A stretch of 46,924 nucleotides of DNA, counting the filler, from Jimgerdemannia flammicorona (taxonomy: Eukaryota): the NCBI GenBank assembly GCA_003990765.1. It is 2 parts of 2 records of this genome, joined end to end, with 100 filler letters (N's around TTAATTAATTAA, not from the genome) between each part and the next. Parts side by side here need not be neighbours in the genome. Positions count along the whole stretch, not along the records: positions 23,514 to 46,924 come from RBNJ01001109.1; 1 more part is not named here. One strand, 5' to 3'. Made by a program: the position numbers and the translations under genes. The notes beneath the pieces were generated by a model. The model was not told where the DNA came from. It ran no database searches and saw only the letters and a list, made by a program, of their open reading frames with translations. Below are positions 23,706 to 34,916 of this stretch, in pieces. Each line of letters begins with the position of its first letter. Within the stretch, counting starts at the first letter, position 1.

Positions 23706-24076
23706 TGTCGGGTCCGGTGCGCTCTCAACGGCCCTTGGAAATCCGAGGGAAAGAATGACTTTCACGCCTGGTCGTACTCATAACTGCAGCAGGTCTCCAA
23801 GGTGAACAGCCTCTAGTTGATAGAACAATGTAGGTAAGGAAATAGATCCGTAACTTCCGGAAATAGATTGGCTCTAAGGGTTGGGCTAGCTGGGCCTTAT
23901 CTGAACATCGCTGGACCTGGTTGGGGCTATCTCGGAGGCAACTCTGGGGCCGGACTTGATTGGGACCGGTGTCCTGACGGGTTTGGCTTGCTTCGCGACG
24001 TCCGGCTAGCGCTTAACAACCAACTTAGGGGAATCTGACTGTCTAATTAAAACATAGCCAGAAATTGATATTGACG

Positions 24077-24110
<34 letters not shown>

Positions 24111-24170
24111 AGTGAAGAAATTCAACCAAGCGCGGGTAAATGGCAGGAGTAACTATGACTCTCTTATGGT
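23706..24170 (+). pseudogene. 28S rRNA: Dispersed 28S (LSU) rDNA fragment, part 1
   Basis: Conserved LSU strings GCAGCAGGTCTCCAAGGTGAACAGCCTCTAGTTGATAGAACAATGTAG and CCCAGTGCTCTGAATGTCAAAGTGAAGAAATTCAACCAAGCGCGGGTAAA..GAGTAACTATGACTCTCTTA. Three 10-16 nt deletions remove conserved helices, so it is non-functional. Confidence 0.95.
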
Positions 24171-25354
24171 TGCTCCTTTCTCTGCTACCTTACTGGTCAC
24201 ATTGGTTTGATAGGCAATCTTCTGAGTCTACTTTTCACAACTACTACCCTCTTTACTTTAAGTTGGTTTGTTATACCTATTGTAGGGCAGTGGGAGAGAG
24301 GCAATAGTGGTGAGTTGTCTCTTTAGTGGTATCAGATTGATGTCTTCTTCACTTTTTTGTAGCTCTGGTATCTTTAGTGCCTCCAGTTGTATCTGGGATA
24401 TATCTGTTTTGGTGTAGTATCTTCTTTCTTTTGCTGTTATCAATAAGATATCATCTCAGTATGTCATGGGCTGTGTAGGATATTGGCCAACCTTGGGTAT
24501 TAAATATTAGTATAGGTTATCTACAGATTGCTTGGTGTCTGTGGTGGGGCTCTCTGAGCTTTGGTAAGCTTTTTAGTGAGTATAGTACTGATATAGATGA
24601 CTACTTTTTAGGTAGTATTAGGTTGGGAGGAGAGATGGCCATCATAGATAAGAGAAAGAGCAATTATAATAAATTAGTAGAGTATCAGACTGGGAGTGAT
24701 CATTAGGGTTGGAGTAGACATTATCTTAGTGGGGCTTTCTGATTGGCTGATAGAGGGTGGGATAGTATAGAGACTAGTATTCTAACTATACCCAACTGGA
24801 ACTAAGAGCTGATACAGTAATATAATTGAGGCCTATAGGCTTAGAGAGTGGGATCTTCTTTATTTGACAGTATCTAACTAGAACTGAGAGCTGATATGGT
24901 AATATAATTGAGATCTATAGGCTCAGAGAGTGGGAGTGAGGTCTTTTCTGGCCCTAGCCCATATATAAGTCCTTTTGGAGAGAGTCTCATATATAAGTCC
25001 TTTACTTACCTACTTTGAATCTACTTTGTTCTTTATTAGTTAGTTGGGGAGTTTTTTCTTTATCTTAAACTTTTCTTTAAGGTTTGAGGGATATTCTTTA
25101 TTCAGTCCTAGTGCTGCTAGATCTGATACATAAGTATGCTCTCTCATGCTTCACAATGATCTAGCCCTAATAAGTAAATAAGTCTAGTTTATATCATATA
25201 GCCAGTGTTCAATAGGCATAGCTAGAGTAGTAGAACTACTGAATAATTTAGTAGTCTAAATTAATAGAGAGATAATATTCAGTAGGTAGTAGGAGAGAGT
25301 TTTGGTCTATATAGTCTAGGTCTCTTCTATTAAAAATCTATAGAACTATGAGTT

Positions 25355-25386
<32 letters not shown>
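24171..25386 (+). mobile_element. Non-autonomous poly(A)-tailed retroposon, about 1.2 kb (copy 1)
   Basis: Poly(A) at 25359-25386 and a 13-bp TSD ACTCTCTTAT(G/A)GT (24158-24170, 25387-25399). No RT or endonuclease. Collinear with 32689-33965. Confidence 0.9.
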
Positions 25387-25392
<6 letters not shown>

Positions 25393-25526
25393 TTATAGTA
25401 GCCAAATGCCTCATCATCTAATTAGTGATATATATGAGATTCTCACTATCCCTATCTACTATATAGCAAAAATATAGCCAAGAGAACAGACTTGATAGAA
25501 TCAGTAGAGAAAGAAGACTTTGTTAA
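25387..25526 (+). pseudogene. 28S rRNA: Dispersed 28S rDNA fragment, part 2 (hypermutated)
   Basis: TAGCCAAATGCCTCATCATCTAATTAGTGA..CCCTATCTACTA..AGAATCAGTAGAGAAAGAAGAC continues the LSU sequence after the insertion. Confidence 0.92.
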
Positions 25527-25931
25527 AAATTTCAAGATATAATAAGTTAATCAGATGATAGTATTTTACATTAACCAAATTTTAGAAATCTAGAGATTAT
25601 ATTCTAAGAATATTATAGAGAAATTAAAACTAGATATAATGTATGGAAGTGAAATTAATATGCTCTGATCAATATTATTTCTTTAGATATTATATTGTAA
25701 TGACATCTTTGAAATCAGTAATATCAGAATTCAGAAGACTGCCTTGACTTTATAGTTAAAAATTGTAACTCAACTATAACTCATCTTGATTATAAGATGA
25801 TCTGCATCTGAACTCATAATGATATATAATAACTCTAGTAGTATACTACTACTAGTCAGATAACTCTACTCTCTAGACTAAAGGAGAAGACCTTTAAGAT
25901 ATAAAAGAAGTATCAAGAGAAGAAGTATAAA

Positions 25932-28900
25932 CACACCTTTCACTAATAACATTTAGGTGACACAAGACTCAGACAATACTTTTTGTAATATTTTTGATAA
26001 AAGGAGACTATCAACATAATCAGCAATGAGCATACTGGTCAGTGGATCAGCCAGGGGGACAATAGGGCCTTTGACTGATAGCAGGTCAGAAGAAGGTGAG
26101 GAGATAGGTTAGGAATACCAGAGTTCCCTACAGTTGGCCATAACATTGGTGGTAGAGGGAGGGGCAGAATAAGGCAATAAGGAGGGGGGAGGATGATCTT
26201 TGCTGATAAGATCAAGATGGGGAGGATGTCATCTGGTCTGAATAGTTGGCTGAGACTGGGGAAGACATTGATGGCTTTAGCTGGGAGACAGAGAGGGGTC
26301 TCTATGGAAGGATCTGGTAGTAGGGGGGGGGGGATATAGAGACTGGGATATGATGGCTAATAGAGCTATAACTGGGGATTTGGAAAAAAAATCCAGATGT
26401 GATAGTTATTGGTAGATCAGAACAGGGAGAGGGCACAAGACCTGGGAATCTGGCTAATAACATGACAGGTATGGTGTCAGCACTGTTACTCAAAAAGTTA
26501 AGGTTAGAATATACCATCACATTGTGCTTCCAGGGTTTGGTAGTAACTATGAGGATGATTTTGGGGCTGGTCATACAGAAGGTGAAGGGGGTGACTTTGG
26601 TGAAGTTCTTGAAGGGGAAAGAAGAGGTTGAGGTGGATTTGAGAGAGGGGTATCATTGTTGGAGGCTGTGAAGAAGAGGGTAGTAATGGGCAGTATAGTG
26701 GTCCCTATGGTCAGGTGCATGCACTGGGACCCCTGAGTGATACAGTTGACAGTATTGGATCTTCCTATAGTATCAAGGAAGAGGGCCAGAGAGCTGATTG
26801 TAGAGGTGGTCAAGGAATATGGAGAAATTGTGGATATCAGGTTCAGAGTCTGGGAGGGTACTGAACTCTAAATGAGAAATATCAATGTCAGAGTAAGGCT
26901 GGCTAGGAGGGAGAATATGGAGAAGGCAAGGGATTGGCCAGTGACCCTTAAGTGGAGATCAGTTGAATGTAAGGTTTCATGGGTGAAGAGGATGCCAGAG
27001 GAAGAGGAGACCTTGCTGGAGGCTCTTGAGGATCTGGTAGGAGCAGTAGAGAGGAGGAGATTGACTTGAAAGGAGTATGAAGCCAAGATAGTAGTGGAGA
27101 TTGTGGATGGAAAGAAGATCAGAATGGACTGAGTGGCCTGGGAGAAGGTGCAGGAGAGGTAAATCCAGAAGGAGCTGTTGGAGAAGTTGGGAGGGGGTAT
27201 AGCAGGTAGCAGTACAGAAGAAGAAGGTGCTGAACTGATGAAGAGTACTTGGGCAAGAGAGTGTGGAATGGCCCAGGAGGTGGCCCAGAGCAGATTAAGT
27301 GAGAAGAGACTGGGCAGTATGGTAGAGGATACTGAAATGAGTGAGGAAGTCCACCCTCAGTATGGCATCCCAAGTGGGGCAGGTGGTGAGAAGAAACTAC
27401 TGGATGTACTAGAGAAGAAGTGAGATGAGTTGGGGAGGAGGAGCACCTTGGTAGACCTGGTGGTGGAGGTTGAAGGAGTTGTCCAGGGTGTTGCTGAGGC
27501 AATAGATGAAGAGAAGTAGCTGTAGAAGACTCTAGAGAGAGTGGTGGCTGAGGAGCTAGAGAAAGAGGACTTTCAGGTCCTAAGTGATAGATATTGGGAG
27601 GAAATTCTTCATAGGGAAGAGATGCTGAGGAAGATTAGAAATGAGATCCTGGTAGTGCTCTTAGAGTTGGAGGAATATCAAGTTAATGATTAGAGAGAGG
27701 AGGCCTTTCAAGAGATTGTGAATAACTGAGTGGAATTTAAGGAAGGGGTTGAAGAAGTAGAGAGTGGTATATATAGATTATCAGGCAGAAATGGAGGTTG
27801 TGGATGGGGTAGAGTGTCAGAAAATCTTGGAAGCACTGGAGGCTCAGGCTGTAGTGGAGGATAAGTTGGAGGCAGAGTGGTACATAGATCTTACTGGTAA
27901 TGGGATGAGTATGAAGTTCTAGACTGGGCTCTCAATATCAAACATTATTCAATATGAATAGTACAACTAGAATCTTTTCTTTGAATGTGAATGGGTTGAG
28001 GGAGGCAGCACAGTAAAGAAATATCTTTGGCTGATTGAAGGAGCTAGATATAGATCTTTTCTTATTGCAGGATGTACAGTATGAGGAAGATATAAATTTA
28101 CAGGACTGGACTAGAGAATGGGGTAGAGTGGTAGTATGGACTGAGCAGTTGGGTATCTTGGTTTGAAAGGGGATAGGAGATATTGAGGATATTGGACATT
28201 GGGAGAGTAGACTAGTATGGGAAGTATAAAAGAGGCCTGGATAGAACCTCTTAACTGTTGGATCATATTATTGTCCAGCTGAGAGAGGGGAATATATGGA
28301 TTGGATCAGAGGCTTGAGGGAGGCTGGTATTATGGATGAGGTAGAGATAAATTGTCTGGAGGGTGATTTTAACATAGTACATGATAGTGAGGTGGACAGG
28401 ACTGATAGTGGGAGAGGAATGGGGGGCCAAAGTGGTGGGTTGGAAGATTGGATGGAAATTGAGAGATTGAGCTTCTTGGTTGACTCAGAGTACCAGTTTT
28501 GGGTGAAGTGTCAAATTTATACTCACTGGGTGGCAGGGCTGGGCTCCAGGATTGACTGAGTATTGACAGCAGAGTACTGGAGAGAGAATGTCTGAGATAT
28601 ACTGGAGGTGGTCTGGTGCCCATAGTCAGATCACTAGGGTCTGATAGGGAATAGGAGATTTGGGGGGAGTGGGGATGGACCTGAACATTGGTAACTAAAT
28701 TATTTTTTGTTGGAGGATGGTTCTTTATGGATAGACTGGAAGGTGGAAGTTATTGAGAAGATTGGTGAGTGGTGGGAGCAGGGACTAGTGATTGGAGATC
28801 ACTGACAGTAGTTGAAATTGAGCACTCAGAGATACTGGAGAGAGGCTGGGAAAGAAAGGAGTGCTCAGTGGCAGCAGTGAGTGCAATGGGCTCCTCAGAG

Positions 28901-31675
28901 ATTGGTAGCACTTCTGGAAAGATGGGCAGTGTCACTGGAGGATGGGAGAGTGGCCAATTGGAGAACTTTGCAGATACAAAAGGAAGTCAATGAGCTTAAG
29001 GGTATACTACAAATAGCAGAAGAGATTAAGCTAAAGGAGATGATAGCAAGGTTGAGGTAGCAGGGGTTGGAGGAGGGAGAGAGGCTCACTAGATTTCTAT
29101 CTCAGTCACTCTAAGCTTGGTGAATCAGACAGAGGTGGGATGGTATTTTAAATGAGGAGAGAGAGATAGTGGCAGAGACTTCAATGATTTTGAAATTGCT
29201 GAGAACTCACTGGGGAAACTTATGGAGTGATAGAGAAGGGGGTGAGGATGCCCTGAACATTGAATAGTAGTTAGAGAATTGACATCCAGACCCAGCAATG
29301 GGCCTGGGGTTACTGGGAGACCCAGTGCAGGGGGAGGAGGTATGCAAGATCTTGGCTTCAATATGTAAAAAAGACAGCTCTAAGAGAGGATGAGTAACTC
29401 TGAGATTTTTGAAAAAAGATGGCTGGAGTGGAGGTAGTACTGAGAGAGATGATGGTAATGTATGATGAGGTACTTTGATCTGGAACTTGGATTGGGGGCC
29501 AGTGCTTAGAGCTGGTCTCTTTGCTCTATAAGGGTAAGGGGAGAAGAGAAGATTAGAAGAACTGGCAGCTGATCATCTCCTTGATATAGACTGCAAGCTG
29601 GTGATAAAGATCTTAGTAACTAGGCTGTAGAGGATTGCTCAGCAGGTACTGAGAGGGGAGCAGAGGAGATTTGTAGGTGGTTGGTTAATCTGAGATTAGA
29701 CTGTCTGGGTATATGGAGTAATTGAAGATACTTGGGTGGTCAGAGTTAATGGCTGCTTAGTATTTCTGGATCAGGAGAAGACATATGACAGAGTGAGAAG
29801 GGTCTGGCTGAAGAGAGTGCTGAAATGTGTGGGAATTTCCCTAGGGTTCAGGCAGTCATTAATCAGTCTATTGGAGAATATCAAGCAGCATTAGTAGTGA
29901 ATGGATATAGGAGAGTGACTTTTCCACTTAGTCACAAGGAGACCCTTTGTCACCCATCCTTTATGTCCTCTCCTTAGAGCCTCTATTGGACAGAACTCAG
30001 TATAGAATTGGAGATCTAGACATTTTGGAGATTAACTGGAAGGTTGGGACTTTTGCAGATAATATGATGGTTGGACTGAGTTTCTTGGAGGATGTAGAGG
30101 AGTTATGAAGGACTGTAGAATGGTATGAGAGGGGCTCAGGGGCTCAACTCAATTAGCATAAATATGAGACTCTGATGCTTAGTGGTGGAATAGTTGGCAG
30201 TAATGTGATTGAAATGGTAATTCCAGCCAGAGAACTAGTTTGGTACTTGGGAATATACTTTTTGGTGTATGGGTCTCTTCTGCCCTATACTTGGTAGGAA
30301 TAGCAGCTACTAGTATAAAGGAATGTTCTCTTGAGGTAGAGTGGTTGGCATATTTCATTAGTAGGAAGGGTGATAGTGCTGAATGTATATTGGACACCAA
30401 AGCTGTGATATATGAGGTATCATCTGAACTTCTCAGTATGGGTCATCAGGCAACTTCTGAAGATAGCAACATTATGGATTTGGGCCAGAAGGTGAAGTTA
30501 GATAGGCTGGGAGGTTCTGACTCTATCTGTTGGTAGAGGTGAGCTAGGTTTAGTGGACTTTACCAAATGTCTTCACTGTCTAAGAGCATGGTGGCTGAAG
30601 AGAGTGAGCAAGTTGAGAGGCTGAGAGTGGGTACCACTCATGTAGAGAGTGTGGGAAGTCCAGTATTCACCTCATGAAGTAACTGGTAACCTACTTGCTA
30701 TAGTGGCCCTGGACAGAAGCAGAAGGATGCATTATAAGGGCTTTTGGTGGAGAGTGGTAGATAGTGTAAGGAGAATTGGACTTCAGTAGTGAGGTGATGA
30801 GAGAGAGGAGGACTGGGGACTATAGATGTGGAGATGAGACAGACTACTGCTGAGAGGTACATTGGTAGAGAATTTTCAGCTTGGTGATAGAATGGAATAT
30901 ATATAGGGTCTTGGAGGGGACCTGTGGCCTGAAGTATGGCAGAGGGTGGGGATTGATGAGGAGTGAGACTGGAATAGTCTTTGGCCTTGGAGCAAGCAGA
31001 TAATATAGTGGCTTCCCCCTAAGTTCTGGGTAGTATGGTGGAGATTTCTAAGGCGAAATATAATGCTGAATTATCAGTCTGGGCATTTGGTGGCAGATGG
31101 CATATTTGAGTGTAAGGAATATATAGATATTAGTCAGGAGGGAGGAGTGGTACAAATGCCTAAACATTGGCTTGGAGAGTGTGAGGTCTTGGGAGAGTTT
31201 TGGCACCATATTGCAAACTGTTTAGAACTGCAGGTGAAGAAGGGGAAAGATGGGGGGACCTCTGCTGAAGGTTAGTAGGTGGAGTTGGAGATGAATGGTT
31301 GATCTTAGAATAGGCTCTGGCAATTTGGGTTGGGCTGGCCAGACATTAGTTACATGTCTTCAAGAAGGGCTAGCAGGTTGAGGTTGAGGTTAAGGTAATA
31401 TGGTGAGAATGGTTGATACTTGACATTTTAAATGGCTGGTGGAGAGGGTGGGGACCAAGTGGGGGGGGGCTGGTAGAGTCTGGTGAATTGTATTTGTAAG
31501 AAAAGTGGAGGAAGGGTTCAGGTAGTGGGTGGCTGGGTTATACTCTAGCAGGGAGAGATGAAGAGTGAGAAAGGAGATCTGAGGGGTATCAGTTGAGGGA
31601 CTGTAGGTACAAATGTATTATTATTTATAGACTGAGTGGTAATAAAGAGAAGTCCAAGTAACTATATATATATAA
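25932..31675 (+). mobile_element. Full-length degenerate L1/Tx1-like LINE (copy 1): ORF1 plus ORF2 (APE-RT-Zn finger)
   Basis: ORF2 from ATG 27954: SLNVNGL, GDFN, YTHW..SRID, SDH, FLDQEKTYDRV, QGDPLSP, FADNM, KHWLGEC. AATAAA and a (TA)n/A tail. AAGTATAAA is duplicated at both junctions. Boundaries are good to about 5 bp. Confidence 0.92.
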
Positions 31676-32687
31676 AAGTATAAAGTATCAACCATAAATA
31701 GAAGACTTATTACAAATCAAAATATCTACCATCCACCAAACAGCCAGATCAAGGAGCTACTTAGGTCTATCAGTTCAAGAACAGATATTCACTAATATCA
31801 AGAGAGTAATGAAACTATATATAAGAAGAATCTCTAGTCTGAATCTCTATATAAGAGACCTCTATTACTATACTCTCAACTACTGAGAAATAGAAATAAG
31901 AATTACCACCACTACTGAGTGCCTTTAGATATGGCAAAAATATAAGCTGAGATATTACTTCTGTCAAGAGTTCATATAAGCCAGCTCTTAAGAAATTGTA
32001 AACATCATATGCATAGATAGATATGAATAGAAACTAGTCAAAAGAGTTTATCAGATCTTCAGATATATACTCTGGGCTATTCTCAATTTAGAATATGTCA
32101 AAGTCTCTGATATCTAAGAATTGATAAGCTACTATACAGACTACTTTAAGGAAATAGTTACAGAAGAAGCCCAATCTACTATTATAGTTAAGAGTGATGA
32201 GGTTTAAGATCTTTAGAACTCTATCCTAGAGGACAATTCAGACCAATTCATTCATGATCTAATTGTACTATTTCAAGGCTCTCTCTTGAGAGTCTACTAT
32301 TTCCAGAATTCTACAAATATTCCCTACTTTATAGATCTCACCATTGACTGGAGCAGAATGACCTTATATCTTTTGATGATATCACTCTCTCAGACAACTT
32401 GAAGAATAATGGCAACCTATTTATTTTATTAGAAGATAATAGCAACAACTTTCTTTTCTCATTCTCAGACCCCCCCCACTGACTTCAGTATAACTATAGA
32501 GGATATAGAAAATGATTTGGCCAGACTCTCTAAAAAAAATAAGAAGGATAAAGATGATATAATCTCAGTTACATTGAATTTTAAGATACATGAAGATGGC
32601 TCTATTAGTCAAATTGAGTAAGTTATTAGTTGTACAAATAGTGACTGCATATTAACTAGCCAAATTCATTATAAATATAAAATTAGG

Positions 32688-32688
<1 letters not shown>

Positions 32689-32779
<91 letters not shown>

Positions 32780-33965
32780 GACTTATAGTTCTACAGATTT
32801 TTATTGGAAGGGAACCTAGACTATATAGGCCAAAACCCTCCCCCACCACCCACTGAACAATATTCCCCTATTAATCTAGACTACTAAACTATCCAGCAGT
32901 CCTACCACTCCAGCTATATCTGTCAAATACTGGCTACATTGATCTCCATGATATAGACTAGACTTGTCTGCTTGCCAGGGCTGGATCATTATTTATATAT
33001 GAGAGCACACCTATATGTCAGATCTAGCAGCATCAGGACTGAATAAAGAATAGCCCCTGAATCCCAAAAGAAAGCCAAAGATAAAAAAAAACCCCCCAAC
33101 CAATCAATAGAGAGTAAAGTAGATTCAAAGCAGGTAAGTAAAGAGCTTATATGCAGAACCTTCTGCAAAGAACTTACATATACATGAGCTAGAGCCAGAA
33201 AAGACCCCACTCCCACTCCCCAAGCCTGCAGGCCTCAATCACATTGCTATGTTAGCTCCTGGTTCTAGTTGGGTACAGCCAAATGAGAAAGGCCCCACTC
33301 CCTAAGCCTGCAGGCCTCAATTATATTACTGTATCAGCTTTTGGTTCCAGTTGGGTATAGCTAGGATACCAGTTCCTGTACTACCTCACTCCCCACTAGC
33401 CAATCAAAAGGTCCTACTGAAATATTGTCCACCCCAGTCCTGATGACCACTCCTAGTCTAGCACTCTACTGGTTCACTGTAATTGCCCTTCCTTCTATCT
33501 GTGATGGCCATCTCCCCTCCCATCTCAACAATACTCAAAAAACAGTCACATATATCAGAACCATGCTTGCCAGGAAGCTTGCCAAAGCCAGAGAACTTCA
33601 CCACAGGCACCAAGGACCTATAGGTAATCTACACTGGGTACTTGATGTCCAAGGTCAGCTGATTCCCTATATAATCTGTGATACACTGAGACAATACCAT
33701 ATTAGTGATAGCAAAAGGAAGAAGATACTACACTAAAACAAGTATACCCCAGATGCAGCTAAAGGTATTAGAAACTATGAAAAAGTAAAGAAGACACTAA
33801 TCTGATACTGATAAAGGGGCAACTCATCACTATAGCTCTTCTCCCACCATACCTATATAGGCACAGTACACCAATCTGAGGTAGAGAGAGTAAATAATAG
33901 GGGAAAGGAGACTTGGAAGGTTACCTACCAAATCTTGTAACCAATAAAGTAGCAGAGAAAGAGAC
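32689..33965 (-). mobile_element. Non-autonomous poly(A)-tailed retroposon (copy 2)
   Basis: Poly(T) at 32689-32776 and TSD AAATATAAAATTAG(G/C)C (32673-32688, 33966-33981). Same 5' start (CTTTCTCTGCTAC) as copy 1. Confidence 0.92.
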
Positions 33966-34907
33966 AAATATAAAATTAGCCTTATTCAGTTAGTTAGTCA
34001 CCTAAATACCAAAAGTATACTAAATTGTATCTTCTAGTAATTGTGAGTTACAACTAATTATCAGCCTTATTCTTAGTCTAAAAGTTGTATAAATATTCTC
34101 TGATCTATAGTGAATAAATCTCAGTCAGCTTGAGTTTGAAGTAAAAGAATTACAGAGAAACCCACTATCTCTAAGAGATGGAATAATTCTAAAAAATAAG
34201 ATAACTAGAGTAACAATCACTTGAGGTTTGAGTTGAAGAATTTCTCTAACTACAGACTGTAAGAATTACAGAGAAATCCACTACCTCCAAGAGAATAAAT
34301 AATTCTAGAGATCAAAATATCTACCTAAAGCATAAAGCTCAGAGATTGAGAAGATAAATCACTCTTGCTATTACTGCTATAGAATCAGAATATACTACTA
34401 TAGTTAGATAAGAAAATGACTGCTACTTAGGATACTAAGAACTGTTATAAACCTCAGAAATCAGATACAAGATCTACAGAAAACTCAAGAATACTATATG
34501 AATGAGTCAATTGACCAGAAAACTTCACTATAGTCAGTTAAGACCATCATATAAATTAGATATAAAACTGCTATTAGAAATGACTACCATTTGGAAATAA
34601 GACTAAAGAAAGACTCAAGAATATACTAGATCACCAAGAAATATAGAGAATATATAAAATTGATTACCAGAAACTATACAAATGTACTTCAACCATTTTA
34701 CCATTCTGAATGTTCAGTCACATGACTAATAACTTGAGATACATGAACTCTAACATAATATGAACTTTAGCAAACAAATTGAACAACTGTTTAAATAAAT
34801 ATTGAGCCAGAATATTGTTAGTAAAGTGATAAATAGTACATAAATAACTAGTAGTATATTGAGCTATATATATCAGTAAACTAATCTATAAATCACATAC
34901 TATATTT

Positions 34908-34916
34908 TGGGGGCTC
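34908..34916 (+). promoter_or_regulatory. Primer-binding site TGGGGGCTC (tRNA-Pro-like)
   Basis: Matches the start of the known tRNA-Pro PBS TGGGGGCTCG. Follows ..ACTATA-TTT (mutated ..TACA LTR end) and precedes gag-like sequence. Confidence 0.6.

Noticed and set aside
24171..25386. R2 retrotransposon or group I intron in 28S
   Set aside because: There is no RT/RLE ORF, the junction is offset from the R2 nick, a 13-bp TSD and poly(A) are present, and a second copy lies outside rDNA.
23706..25526. Functional rDNA unit
   Set aside because: Only about 600 bp of LSU is present, with deletions in conserved helices and non-rDNA flanks.
33425..33736. 103-aa ORF antisense to retroposon copy 2
   Set aside because: No equivalent ORF of this length is called in copy 1, and there is no recognisable motif.
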